Source: a virus (taxonomy: Duplodnaviria > Caudoviricetes). From it: 64,000 nt of DNA. The notes under the pieces were generated by a model. The model saw only the letters and a list, made by a program, of their open reading frames with translations, was not told where the DNA came from and made no database searches. The stretch is taken from IMG/VR virus record IMGVR_UViG_3300037297_000386; one strand, 5' to 3'. Of this stretch, positions 18,548-28,984 are shown piece by piece. Both the position numbers and the translations under genes were made by a program. Positions within the stretch are counted from its first letter, which is position 1, and each line of letters opens with the position of its first letter.

Positions 18548-21500
18548 AAATGCACGTAACTGCCATTTTGAGTCTTATTAACTGTAATGATATCCTCAAA
18601 AGATTCCTTTAAGCGCTCATTATGTGTAATAATTAATATTTTCATATCATTACTTAATAATTTTACTATATTAATAAACATTTGTAACCCATTATTATCG
18701 AGATTAGAACTTACTTCATCCAATAATAAGAATTTGATAGATCCTCCCATACGATTTGATAATATATTACTTAATGCCAGTCTTATAGCTAATGAAATTC
18801 TAAATTGTTCGCCACCGCTAAATGTTTCAAAATCATCAACTCTAGAACCAGATTTTACAATTATATCAAATGTCTCTGACCAGGATCCAGCGTCGGTTTG
18901 TTTCTGTGTCCGTATAGAAATAGATGTTGGTTCGTTACATATTTTTGTCAATGTTTCGTTCGAATAGTTCTCTAATTCTTCTATTATATTTTCAATAATT
19001 ACAGATTGGACACCATCTTTTCCAAAATAACCGCGGAGTTTTGTATAAATAGAATAGGAATTTTTTAATTTATCGATCTCAATTCTTAATGCTTTCTGTC
19101 TTTTGCATAATTTTATAAGTTCTTTATACTTTCTCTGCTGGCCACCGTATTCAATATTTAATTGATCAATTTGCTTTTTAAAATTAGATGCTCTTTCTTC
19201 AAGGTCTTTTATATTTATTTCCAAAGATTTCCTGGATATTTCATTGGAATGAATCTTTAATTTATTTATCTGCTCTTCTAATGCTACACAATTTATTGAT
19301 AGCCGTTCTTTTAAAAGACGTTTATTGGATCCAATACTATCGTTTATTTCAGTTTGCCAATTATAGATTTTTATCTCTGATTTTGCTTTGTCGAGTTCTG
19401 CTTTATTTCCTATATTTATTAATTTTTCTTTTTTCTTGAGAGAATGTTCTGCACGATTTAATTTGTTTTTTATTTCATAATATTTTTTTTCTGACTCATG
19501 TAATTGTTTTTCATTTCGTTCGATTATTTCAAAAATTTCTTTTTTAGTTAATGGTTTTTCACAAATACTACATTTATTATTTTCTAATTTTATATCTTTT
19601 TTGAGATCCTGTATATGCTGTGATATAATTTGTGCTTTTGTGTAACCACGCAATATTTTAGATTTTAAACTATCAATAGAAATATTTTTCTTGTCTTTTA
19701 TTCTACTATCTAATATTTTAATATATTGTTGGCATTCAGCTATACTATTGGTATTATATTTTATTATATTTTCATTATCAGAAATTTTTTTGTTTATTTC
19801 CTGTTTTCTCTTTCTTGCTAAACCAAGATCACGTCTTAATTTTTTTAAGATATCATTAATATTATTATCACCATATAATGATTTAAATTTATGTGTTTTG
19901 CAAACAATATCAGAGTTTAATTTTATATATTCGTCATTAAGGTCACTGATTTGTTTCTTAATTTGGGTTATAGATTTTTTACAAATTATTTTCTCTTCTT
20001 CTAATTTATTTATATGTACTAATTGTTTTTCTTTTTCACCAATTTTTATAGAAAATGTTTTAACATATTCTTTGGCTCTTTTTTGATATTCGTCCCATTT
20101 ATCCATCCTTAATAAAGATTTCAATATATCTTTCCGTTTGCTTGGGCTAGATGATGCAAACATAGAAATATCGTCTTGTTTAAAATATACCGAGTTAATG
20201 AATATTTCATAATTAAATCCAATAATAATAGCAATTTTTCTATCAGTCGCAGAATTAGTATCACATGATATACTATCAAATTGCTGTCCATTCCATTGTT
20301 CAAATATTACATCCGACTCTCTTATAACTTTATCTCTAGTGCGTTTGATTTTGTACAGATTAGTACCAACTTCAAATATGAATTCTACTCTGCAAGCTCT
20401 TTTATCCCATTTAACAACACCATCTGCTTTTTTATGTCTTGATTTTCCAAATAAAACCCAGGCTATTGACTCAAAAATAGCTGAATTGTGGGTTATAAAT
20501 CCATTAAGAGCGTATAATTTTGTATCATTGTCTATCTGAATATCATACGTATAATCTTCTCCAACTGGTTCTATACTTTTTATTTTACACCAAATTAAAT
20601 TGGATGTAGCCAATTTATATAATTTTTCGGACCTTAATATATTAGCATATTTTAATAATTTATTTCTACTAATATTTTTAGTTTTAATTTGTGTTTTTGT
20701 TAAATTAAGGCCAATTTTTTTTACCTTATGTGTGGTTTCAAACTTCTTATATTCATCATACAAAAAGTTAGACGGAATAATGTCAAAATTTGGATTACTA
20801 TATGTGTCTAAATAATTATTGTATATTCTTTGTAATTTTTGTTTCTTATTTCCAATTATATGCCGGGCGACCAATTTATAAAAATTAATAAAATTTTCCT
20901 TGTGAACACCTATTGTTAATATCCAGGAATCAAATCTTTTGATTCTTCTAAATCTTTTGTGTGTTATAATACCTCTTTGTTGAAATAACGCCTGTAAATC
21001 ATCTATTAATTTTTCGGATCTCAAACCTATAGAAACTTCTTTATTACCATTTTCTTTAATGTCTGCTACAAACCCGCCACAACTTATAAACATTCCCAAG
21101 AAAGCACCAACTAAATTGTTGTCTAATTGAAAAATGCACTCAGGCAAACATTTATATACTGATTTCTCAAAAATATCATGTTTGGTTAAAAAGTTTTTTA
21201 TAATTTTAATAGGATGACGTTTTTTATTAAGCTTATTGACTTCTTCATCTTTTACTGAAGCCGATGTATTTAATTGATTACAAGCTTGCAATTTTTTGGC
21301 CATAGACACAATATCTTTATCCGTATTAATAAATTTTATCGAATCTCTCGTTAATCCCACTTTTGCCAAATGTAATGCTAAAATTTGTACTTCTTCTTTA
21401 GATAATAAGTTTTTAAAATTAATAGGCATTAAACTTCTTGGCTGAGCTACAAAATCTCCAACTTTCAATTTATCCGCTCTAACAGTCTTAAGATTATTTG

Positions 21501-21867
21501 TAAATACCGGATGAGATATAGATACAATTTCGCTAATTCCATTTTGAGTTGTTATTTTTAATAAATTCTTTTTTCCGGATCGCTTAATACAAAGAATTTT
21601 GGTTGGAGATAATGTAAGATCTGCATTTAAACCATAAACATTAAAATCCTTTATGTTATTATTAAATAAATCTTCTATTGTTCTCCTACATCCAGTTAAA
21701 GCGTCGGTCAATATAGTATTTTTATGAAGACATTTTCCAGACCCATTACTTTGATCGGATTCATTATCATAATTACCTAAAATTAATGCTATATTAAATT
21801 TATCAAAATCTATACTAGATGTATTATGAGATAAAAAATTTTCCATTTTAAGATGTTTCGGAATCAT
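18544..21867 (-). CDS. sbcC: SbcC/Rad50 (gp46-like) ATPase containing an intein
   Basis: MENFLSH, Walker A NGSGK|S, coiled coil with CSIC hook, FSGGEQFR, LLLDEV, IITH; ATG at 21867 follows sbcD stop. Confidence 0.93.
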   Translation of the reverse strand: MIPKHLKMENFLSHNTSSIDFDKFNIALILGNYDNESDQSNGSGKCLHKNTILTDALTGCRRTIEDLFNNNIKDFNVYGLNADLTLSPTKILCIKRSGKKNLLKITTQNGISEIVSISHPVFTNNLKTVRADKLKVGDFVAQPRSLMPINFKNLLSKEEVQILALHLAKVGLTRDSIKFINTDKDIVSMAKKLQACNQLNTSASVKDEEVNKLNKKRHPIKIIKNFLTKHDIFEKSVYKCLPECIFQLDNNLVGAFLGMFISCGGFVADIKENGNKEVSIGLRSEKLIDDLQALFQQRGIITHKRFRRIKRFDSWILTIGVHKENFINFYKLVARHIIGNKKQKLQRIYNNYLDTYSNPNFDIIPSNFLYDEYKKFETTHKVKKIGLNLTKTQIKTKNISRNKLLKYANILRSEKLYKLATSNLIWCKIKSIEPVGEDYTYDIQIDNDTKLYALNGFITHNSAIFESIAWVLFGKSRHKKADGVVKWDKRACRVEFIFEVGTNLYKIKRTRDKVIRESDVIFEQWNGQQFDSISCDTNSATDRKIAIIIGFNYEIFINSVYFKQDDISMFASSSPSKRKDILKSLLRMDKWDEYQKRAKEYVKTFSIKIGEKEKQLVHINKLEEEKIICKKSITQIKKQISDLNDEYIKLNSDIVCKTHKFKSLYGDNNINDILKKLRRDLGLARKRKQEINKKISDNENIIKYNTNSIAECQQYIKILDSRIKDKKNISIDSLKSKILRGYTKAQIISQHIQDLKKDIKLENNKCSICEKPLTKKEIFEIIERNEKQLHESEKKYYEIKNKLNRAEHSLKKKEKLINIGNKAELDKAKSEIKIYNWQTEINDSIGSNKRLLKERLSINCVALEEQINKLKIHSNEISRKSLEINIKDLEERASNFKKQIDQLNIEYGGQQRKYKELIKLCKRQKALRIEIDKLKNSYSIYTKLRGYFGKDGVQSVIIENIIEELENYSNETLTKICNEPTSISIRTQKQTDAGSWSETFDIIVKSGSRVDDFETFSGGEQFRISLAIRLALSNILSNRMGGSIKFLLLDEVSSNLDNNGLQMFINIVKLLSNDMKILIITHNERLKESFEDIITVNKTQNGSYVHF
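20485..21732 (-). mobile_element. Intein (416 aa) with degenerate LAGLIDADG domain
   Basis: Starts CLHKNT after Walker A GK; ends YDIQID...ITHN then +1 Ser; removal restores GSGKSAIFE. Confidence 0.95.
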
Positions 21868-21868
21868 A

Positions 21869-23074
21869 TTATTTGCCTTCGACCTCCGATATAATATTGT
21901 GTGCAAATTTAATTAATTTACGTTTAATTTGTTCGGGTTCAATTAATGATCGTATAAAGGAAGTCATAGCTTTTTTACCACTAATAGTTTCGGTAATTTT
22001 ATTATTACGTAATTGTCTAGAATTCGTGGATAAGATTTCAATTGTAGACAAATGTTGCACTTTTTTAGAAATAATATGTCTTTTTATTTTATCTTGATTA
22101 ACATAACAATGATCATTACGTCTTATTTTAACAATTAATTTTACAATGGACCCTTTCAATTTTCGACGCATATCAAATTTATTTATATCAAGTATTATTC
22201 TATCTGTTATTTGATTTTTATAATCTCTTTTAGCGTTCGAATAATCAAAATTTATTTCATATAAATTTCGAATTTTATTTTTTATAATTTCTGGGTTTTT
22301 AATATTATTAGTATCAAATATAATACTAACTTTTGTGTGATGTTTTTCTCCAAATGAAATTTTTTCCATGGATCCAGAATACATTATTAATGGATTTTTT
22401 GATAATATAGCATGTCCATGAACATGCCCCATAATAACAGCATCAAAATTCTTGAACATTTTAATTGGCAAAATAAGTTCATTTATACTAAATGAATCTG
22501 GATTTTCACCGGTAACAGCTTTGTCTATCATAAAATGTCCTATAACTATAATATTATCATCATTATTTAGATTTTTACATATTTTGACCAAATTATCATC
22601 TATTTTTTTAATGGCTTCGGAATTAGTTTTTGTTCCAATCATCCTTCTATCTCTGTATGGCATCAATATGCAATGCGTCTTATGCTTATCTTCATCGATA
22701 GTATATATACCAAAATCAGAATACACATGAACATTAGGTATTTTTAACGATTCAAACATATCTACGGTCGTAGTAGAAATTGTTCTTTGTTGGTCATGAT
22801 TTCCAACAACAATAACAACACCCATATTATTGTTTGTAATCTTATTTAAATATTTTGATAAGACATTTAATTGAGCTGATGTGGGATGTCTAGTATCAAA
22901 AATATCACCAGTTAAAATTATTAATTCAACATTTCTGCTAATAAATTCATCTATTATATTATCAAATGTATTAGAAAAGTCTATTAATCGTGAATTAAGC
23001 TGCGTTTTTGGATCTAATTTGCCTAAACTATATCCAGATCCGATGTGTAAATCGCCTATAATACCTATTTTCAT
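21869..23074 (-). CDS. sbcD: SbcD/Mre11 (gp47-like) nuclease
   Basis: GDLHIG, GDIFD, VVGNHD, GHVH, YSGS. Confidence 0.93.
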   Translation of the reverse strand: MKIGIIGDLHIGSGYSLGKLDPKTQLNSRLIDFSNTFDNIIDEFISRNVELIILTGDIFDTRHPTSAQLNVLSKYLNKITNNNMGVVIVVGNHDQQRTISTTTVDMFESLKIPNVHVYSDFGIYTIDEDKHKTHCILMPYRDRRMIGTKTNSEAIKKIDDNLVKICKNLNNDDNIIVIGHFMIDKAVTGENPDSFSINELILPIKMFKNFDAVIMGHVHGHAILSKNPLIMYSGSMEKISFGEKHHTKVSIIFDTNNIKNPEIIKNKIRNLYEINFDYSNAKRDYKNQITDRIILDINKFDMRRKLKGSIVKLIVKIRRNDHCYVNQDKIKRHIISKKVQHLSTIEILSTNSRQLRNNKITETISGKKAMTSFIRSLIEPEQIKRKLIKFAHNIISEVEGK

Positions 23075-23077
23075 ATT

Positions 23078-23707
23078 TTAAGTTCTCTTCAAAAATTCTA
23101 CTACTTCATTATAGTAATCCTTAGCTATTTTCCAATCATCGTTATCCAATTCATCTAAATATTTATCTAGTTTTATAAATTGCGTGTCGGCCCATTGTTT
23201 CCATTCATCATATTCTATTTTACTTTTTATGGAATACAAAAATTCTCTTATTTTAACTCCAGTTCTAAATATATGTGTAGAGACTTTATGTTCTGGATTA
23301 TGCTCTTTTATACTTGGTATATTATTTAAATCACTTATTGTATTATCATTATTAATAAGTCCAATAGTTTTAGCCAACCATTTGGCGGATTCATAAAATG
23401 GCCTACCATCATGTAAGCTAACCATGTTTATAACATTTCCCCCATTATTACATCCAAAACAATAAAATCCACCAGTATCTTCCGACACAAAAAAGGAAGC
23501 CGTCCTTTCGTTACCGCCGGCGTGCGATGGGAATGGACATTTCATTCGATGTGTAAATTCTCCCGTCCGACATGCAGAATATTTAATTCCCCATTTATCT
23601 AATATGTCTAAAATATTGATTTTGTCAAGAATTATATCGATAAATCCATCTATTTCCAGAAATGGTTCATCAATTTTATCCCAATCACATTCTGACATTT
23701 TACGCAT
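23078..23707 (-). CDS. Stand-alone CHC2 primase zinc-finger protein
   Basis: CPFPSH...ERTASFFV...FYCFGCNNGGNVINMV...FYESAKWLA. Confidence 0.88.
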   Translation of the reverse strand: MRKMSECDWDKIDEPFLEIDGFIDIILDKINILDILDKWGIKYSACRTGEFTHRMKCPFPSHAGGNERTASFFVSEDTGGFYCFGCNNGGNVINMVSLHDGRPFYESAKWLAKTIGLINNDNTISDLNNIPSIKEHNPEHKVSTHIFRTGVKIREFLYSIKSKIEYDEWKQWADTQFIKLDKYLDELDNDDWKIAKDYYNEVVEFLKRT

Positions 23708-23709
23708 CC

Positions 23710-24786
23710 TTAATAAATAATTTCTTTCTCACACTTATGCTTAGTCTCAAATCCTTTACATATTTCTTGTACTTCCCTTGGTGTAATATAGGATCCTTGG
23801 AACCTTAACATACTGTGTCCCACAGAGTCCAATATAGCATCTCCTCGGCCTAATAATTTTTCCGCACCATTTCGGCCTAAAATAACTCTACTGTCGACAG
23901 CAGAAGAAACTCTCATGCTTATTCGTGCTGGAAAATTAGCTTTAATTAAACCAGTTACGACATCCGCTGACGGTCTTTGAGTAGCTATTATAATATGTAT
24001 TCCACAAGCACGAGCTTTTTGGGCTAATAAGGAAATATATTTTTGGAAATCTTTTTTAGATGTTTGTATAAGATCCGAGAACTCATCTATTATAACAACC
24101 AAGTAAGGCATAAATTCCTTCTTCCGAAAAAATCTCACGAATCTGTTTTGTTTAATTTCATTAAAAGATTTAATATTGTTGACCGAATACTTTTCCATTC
24201 GAGAAAATCTATTTTCCATTTCACTTACTAAATCTTTAAGAACTATTAATGCATCTTCGAAGTCAGTAATAATTGGATATTTAAGATGTTTTATTTTATT
24301 ATAATAAGTAAATTCAACTTTTTTGGGATCTATTAATGCAAGCCTTATTCCTTTGTCGAATTTCATTAAACCCGAAAGTATTGAATGTAATAAAATAGAC
24401 TTCCCTGATCCTGTAGCACCAGCTATTAATAAATGTGGCATTGAAGCTAAATCTACAATTAAATCATTTCCATTATAAGATTTACCCAATACTAATGGAA
24501 CCTCACAATCAACTGTTTCCAAGTTATCTATAACTTTATCAAACAATACAGTTTCAATCCGATTACTCAATACTTCTATTTCGACTAATCCTTTATCTAA
24601 TAAGGTTTTAATAATAGGTTTGCCGTACACTTTAAGCCCAAGTGCTATTTCAGTTGAACAATTTTCAATCTTGGATACTTTGGTGCCCGGTCTCAATCTC
24701 AGAAAGTATTTTGTCATAGTTCCGTTGGTTTGAGTTTCCACTACGTCTGCTTTGATTTTCAACTGATCCAATATGTTCTGTATCAT
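23710..24786 (-). CDS. FtsK/SpoIIIE-family DNA translocase (no TM domain)
   Basis: PHLLIAGATGSGKS, IDPKKVE, IIDEFSDL, ARACGIHIIIATQRPS, GAEKLLGRGD. Confidence 0.92.
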   Translation of the reverse strand: MIQNILDQLKIKADVVETQTNGTMTKYFLRLRPGTKVSKIENCSTEIALGLKVYGKPIIKTLLDKGLVEIEVLSNRIETVLFDKVIDNLETVDCEVPLVLGKSYNGNDLIVDLASMPHLLIAGATGSGKSILLHSILSGLMKFDKGIRLALIDPKKVEFTYYNKIKHLKYPIITDFEDALIVLKDLVSEMENRFSRMEKYSVNNIKSFNEIKQNRFVRFFRKKEFMPYLVVIIDEFSDLIQTSKKDFQKYISLLAQKARACGIHIIIATQRPSADVVTGLIKANFPARISMRVSSAVDSRVILGRNGAEKLLGRGDAILDSVGHSMLRFQGSYITPREVQEICKGFETKHKCEKEIIY

Positions 24787-24964
24787 ATATCACTTCCATG
24801 TTTAAATTTAAATTACCAGTTACCATTAAACAATATGCTATTATCAATAAAGGAACGACTACTGGAGCAGCCCAATAAATTATTTTCCACATACCCACAC
24901 CAATCCGAATTATAAAGGCCAAAACCAATAAACATGCTAATCCTATGATTATTGCATTTAACAT
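24665..24964 (-). CDS. Small membrane protein
   Basis: Two hydrophobic segments; 3' end overlaps ftsK so C-terminus uncertain. Confidence 0.45.
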   Translation of the reverse strand: MLNAIIIGLACLLVLAFIIRIGVGMWKIIYWAAPVVVPLLIIAYCLMVTGNLNLNMEVIYDTEHIGSVENQSRRSGNSNQRNYDKILSEIETGHQSIQD

Positions 24965-25188
24965 TGTATCCTCTGTATTTCTTCATAAATTAATTCCATA
25001 ATTTCAATCTTAGCATCATAAACTTGGGATAATATTTTTGACACATCCTCAAATGCTATAGTTTTCCCAATAGATTTTTTCATCATAGATAATAACTTAG
25101 CATGCTCATCCTGAGTTCTAATCATAAGATTAGATAAAAATAACTTAAGTTGTTCTAATTCTTTACTTTTATTTGACACTTTTATCAC
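24958..25188 (-). CDS. Hypothetical protein
   Basis: 76-aa helical ORF. Confidence 0.5.
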   Translation of the reverse strand: MIKVSNKSKELEQLKLFLSNLMIRTQDEHAKLLSMMKKSIGKTIAFEDVSKILSQVYDAKIEIMELIYEEIQRIQC

Positions 25189-25552
25189 CAGTCTTCAATT
25201 TTATATTATACATGAATTTATAAATATTATATTTAAGTTCATTTACTCCGTTTCAAACTAACAATCTTTCTCCTCCATTTCGATTGGTAAATATATGCTT
25301 TCTAATAATTTATATATTTCTTCTTCTTACGACGCATTCGACAAATTATATTTATTGCCAATTCTATATTCTACCACAACCAGGAGTATAATTATTATTA
25401 CTGTGCCAATCATATATCTGTGTCAAAACTTTCATAGCATCTTTTGAATTTTTTGTCTTACCTATAATTTATTTAATAATAATTATTAATTTTAAATGAT
25501 CGTCTTGTTTTTTGTTTACAAGACTAAAAAATAAATAATTTGATGTGTTCTA

Positions 25553-25894
25553 TTATTTATTTTTTAACTTATCCACTTCTCTCTTTAAAAGTAATAATTC
25601 ATATTCCAATTCATTAACACGATCACGTACTATTAATTGTTCTCTAATCGCTATTGATGCCAAAGATAATATCCCTTCACCAATATTAATATTTTCTAAC
25701 GCAACAGCCGATTTTACCAGTCTATCTACAACCTGTTTCTCTGTATTTTTAAGAGCCGGAGATTTATTTTTATCCAAAACTTTATTTGACACAAGTTCAT
25801 GATATGATTTAAAAGCTCCAGCTAACTCTTGTTTTTTACGTATAAGATTTTGCTGATCTTGTAATCCCATTTCCGGTATTTGATTTTGATTCAT
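25553..25894 (-). CDS. Hypothetical coiled-coil protein
   Basis: RBS GGAG, heptad C-terminus. Confidence 0.55.
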   Translation of the reverse strand: MNQNQIPEMGLQDQQNLIRKKQELAGAFKSYHELVSNKVLDKNKSPALKNTEKQVVDRLVKSAVALENINIGEGILSLASIAIREQLIVRDRVNELEYELLLLKREVDKLKNK

Positions 25895-25918
25895 TGTATT
25901 TTCTCCATCTTCAATATT

Positions 25919-26230
25919 TTACTTTAATTTTAACGATAACAATAATCCACATCTACTATGTATATTATAAAAATAATTAATACGTTCATACATATCATCA
26001 GTTATATATTCGAATTCGTATAATTTATAAATAGCATTTTTTATAATATTAATTTTATTACATGGGCCCTCGAATAATTTACATACAGCATCTAAATATT
26101 GTATCAAATCAAAATAATGTTCTGTCCCTTTAATCTTTTCCAAATCTAAAATAATATTTTTAACGCCATTACAAAAAGTGAAACCTGATTGACTGTGTGC
26201 TTCACAGGAAATTTCAATCATTGCTTTCAT
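25919..26230 (-). CDS. Hypothetical protein
   Basis: 103-aa ORF. Confidence 0.55.
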   Translation of the reverse strand: MKAMIEISCEAHSQSGFTFCNGVKNIILDLEKIKGTEHYFDLIQYLDAVCKLFEGPCNKINIIKNAIYKLYEFEYITDDMYERINYFYNIHSRCGLLLSLKLK

Positions 26231-26261
26231 ATATCGTCATCTCATTAAAATATTAAATTTT

Positions 26262-26948
26262 TCATACTTTTGAATAATTAGGCAACTCATCATTTAATAC
26301 GACCAACTCAACGCCAGCTTTTTTAAACCATTCACGCGTCAATCTCGCTCCATGATATCTATATTCAGATACAACACGTTTAATACCAGCATTAATAATA
26401 TCAACACAACAACGGAGACATGGTTCCATCTTACAATATAATGTCCCACCATTAATTGCAATGCCATGTTTCGCAGCATATACAATAGCATTACCTTCGG
26501 CATGTGCAGTACGCATACAGTGTTGCCTAATTGGATGATAATTTAAGTCTTGACTATCTAAAAGAGATAGTATTGGATTTCCATTAAAATTATTTTTATC
26601 TATAATTTCATCAATATAAACAACCTCTCTAATAAGATGTCCGGAGTCATCACAGTGGTCTAATTTGCTCGCTGCTCCAACATAACCGGTACTTACAACT
26701 TGGCCATCTACCACAATAGCGGCTCCAGATTTCCCACGATCGCATGTCGCCATTTTTGCAGCTTGACGGGCAAACCCCATAAAATATTCATCACGACTAG
26801 GGCGAACAGTTGGATTTTCATATTCAGCAAAGTCTATTAATGGCGTGAAATTTTCTATAATATTATTATAAATATCTTCTGGTACGTAAGTTATAAGAGA
26901 TGATAACACATGTTTCGCTTTTTTAATTTGTTTATGGGTTAAGTACAT
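26262..26948 (-). CDS. dCMP deaminase (ComEB-like)
   Basis: DEYFM..A, ATCDRG, HAEGNAI, PCLRC. Confidence 0.9.
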   Translation of the reverse strand: MYLTHKQIKKAKHVLSSLITYVPEDIYNNIIENFTPLIDFAEYENPTVRPSRDEYFMGFARQAAKMATCDRGKSGAAIVVDGQVVSTGYVGAASKLDHCDDSGHLIREVVYIDEIIDKNNFNGNPILSLLDSQDLNYHPIRQHCMRTAHAEGNAIVYAAKHGIAINGGTLYCKMEPCLRCCVDIINAGIKRVVSEYRYHGARLTREWFKKAGVELVVLNDELPNYSKV

Positions 26949-26965
26949 ATATCCGACTCCATATT

Positions 26966-27505
26966 CTAATAAAATATATCTTGATTATCTATCAAAAAAT
27001 TATCTATATATTTGTGCTCAATATTAATATTATCAAATGTTATATTACATTCGTCGAAAAAATAGTGTAACAATTCATGAGCAAAATTGGATCGCCAATA
27101 ATATTTTTTTAAATTTATTGGAATAATATATAAATTGTTAGTTATAGAAAAATATCTTCCGAAAACGATCTTAGATTCACCTGGTTTGTTGTCTGAATAA
27201 ACATCTTCATTTGGAAAAATATTTTTATTATTTAATATATGAGGATTCTCAACAACAATTATATTGACTATATTTAGTCTGCATCTTTTTTTATCTATAT
27301 TAAAATATGAAAAAAATCTTTTTTCTGTATCCTCAAACGTATTAACTACTATTGTTATTTGAAAATTAGTTAAATATTTGGTCGATTTAATATGTGCTGT
27401 ATCAGTGACAAACACAGTGTTCCAATTTGATTTTGGAATATAGGCATCTCTGGCATAACATATATTTGATATAGAGATAATTAAAAGTATTAAATATAAT
27501 TTCAT
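26966..27505 (-). CDS. Secreted protein with HExxH zincin motif
   Basis: Signal-peptide-like N-terminus; AHELLH...EH. Confidence 0.55.
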   Translation of the reverse strand: MKLYLILLIISISNICYARDAYIPKSNWNTVFVTDTAHIKSTKYLTNFQITIVVNTFEDTEKRFFSYFNIDKKRCRLNIVNIIVVENPHILNNKNIFPNEDVYSDNKPGESKIVFGRYFSITNNLYIIPINLKKYYWRSNFAHELLHYFFDECNITFDNINIEHKYIDNFLIDNQDIFY

Positions 27506-27511
27506 TATATC

Positions 27512-28108
27512 TTAAATTTCCTTCAATATATTTTTTAGTATTTTAATATCATTCTTAAACTCTTCTCTTTTATCCTTCGAAGCATATGCCGAGACGTAAG
27601 CCGGGTGATACAATGGGAACACATCAACATTGTATTCTTTTGAATATCTTAATCGTCCATGTTCTTTGGTAATCTTAAAATTTCCTAAAAACACTTGGGC
27701 CGCAAATCTTCCAAAAGTAATAACCAAATCTGGTTGTACTAATTCTAATTGTTTTATAAGATTTGGTTTACATTTAAGCACTTCCCATGGCTCTGGATCT
27801 CTATTTTTTGGTGGCCTACAAATTGTTGTATTGGACGTGTACACTTCTTCTCTAGTTAAATCAAGCGTTTTAAGTACCTTTTCATATAACTTTCCAGAAG
27901 TCCCAGGAGGTGTTAATGGCCTTTGATATATCGTCTCTTGTAGACCAGGTGATTCAGCAACGAACATAATTTTAGCCGGTACAGCACCTTGTCCGATAAC
28001 ATGTGGGTCATATCCGTCTAATAGTTTCTCACACCCTAAATCGCATTTAGTACATTTTTTTGTTTGACTTGCCCACTTTTCCCACTTTAATAAAATTTCA
28101 TTATTCAT
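27512..28108 (-). CDS. Uracil-DNA glycosylase family 4
   Basis: CTKC, VAESPG, CRPPKNRDP, C, LYHPA. Confidence 0.9.
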   Translation of the reverse strand: MNNEILLKWEKWASQTKKCTKCDLGCEKLLDGYDPHVIGQGAVPAKIMFVAESPGLQETIYQRPLTPPGTSGKLYEKVLKTLDLTREEVYTSNTTICRPPKNRDPEPWEVLKCKPNLIKQLELVQPDLVITFGRFAAQVFLGNFKITKEHGRLRYSKEYNVDVFPLYHPAYVSAYASKDKREEFKNDIKILKNILKEI

Positions 28109-28111
28109 ATA

Positions 28112-28960
28112 TTACTCCAATCCATACCTTTCAAATATTGCTATATTATCATTTATACGCTGTACATATAATTTCGTCTCTTCTGGTATATCATTTTCTG
28201 TAAGATCTCCCGCTAAGAGTTCTCTGACTTTATGTGGCCCCCAGTTATATGCCATAAGAGCTTCATTATATGTATTAAATTTTAATTTTTGTTCAGACAT
28301 ATAAAAACATCCAGCTCTGACATTATGATAAATATTATATGGATCGGCACGTTTATTCTCAAATTCTTTAAGTACAATATATTCCCATGTTTCTGGAATT
28401 AATTGCATCAGACCCATAGCATTAGCATGAGAATGTGCCTTTATTACAAAATTGCTCTCCTGCTTCATTTGTGCGAGAATTTTGGCGATAGATAAATTAT
28501 ATTGATAACTATAATCTATTATAGATATTGCAATATTATTAAGATCTCTGATTGTAAAAAAAGTATCTGTATTTTCTATAATAGCATCACGCACTTTAAC
28601 AATTAATTCTCTTCGCTTTTTCTCTGGTTTTATAGCACTATCAACGACATCAATACGAGAACTCAATTCCATTTCTAATTTATTAATATTTTTAGTTAAT
28701 TCCATATTTTTAACTTCAATAGTATTAGGAAACCGAATATTATCAGTATTTCTATTTATATTGTATGTATTTATATGACTATCTAAATCGTTTTTTATTG
28801 AAGTACTAAATCCGTAAACTGAACCAATCATAGTATATTGAGAAATATTAATAATTAACATTAATAGTAAAACAATTAATGTTGCTATATTAAATATATG
28901 ATGTTTTGTATATGTTCTAATCCACTTATATATTTTTGATACCATAATAAAATAATTCAA
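28112..28960 (-). CDS. Membrane-anchored lytic transglycosylase (SLT)
   Basis: N-terminal TM, QESNF, AMGLMQL, LMAYNWG, ETKLYV. Confidence 0.88.
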   Translation of the reverse strand: MNYFIMVSKIYKWIRTYTKHHIFNIATLIVLLLMLIINISQYTMIGSVYGFSTSIKNDLDSHINTYNINRNTDNIRFPNTIEVKNMELTKNINKLEMELSSRIDVVDSAIKPEKKRRELIVKVRDAIIENTDTFFTIRDLNNIAISIIDYSYQYNLSIAKILAQMKQESNFVIKAHSHANAMGLMQLIPETWEYIVLKEFENKRADPYNIYHNVRAGCFYMSEQKLKFNTYNEALMAYNWGPHKVRELLAGDLTENDIPEETKLYVQRINDNIAIFERYGLE

Positions 28961-28984
28961 CTTTCTTATATTTATAAATATTAT

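Noticed and set aside
28969-28976. TATAAATA upstream of the transglycosylase (and at 44948-44955) as late promoters
   Set aside because: An all-AT 8-mer is expected many times by chance here; only the copy inside the ruvC hairpin has supporting context.
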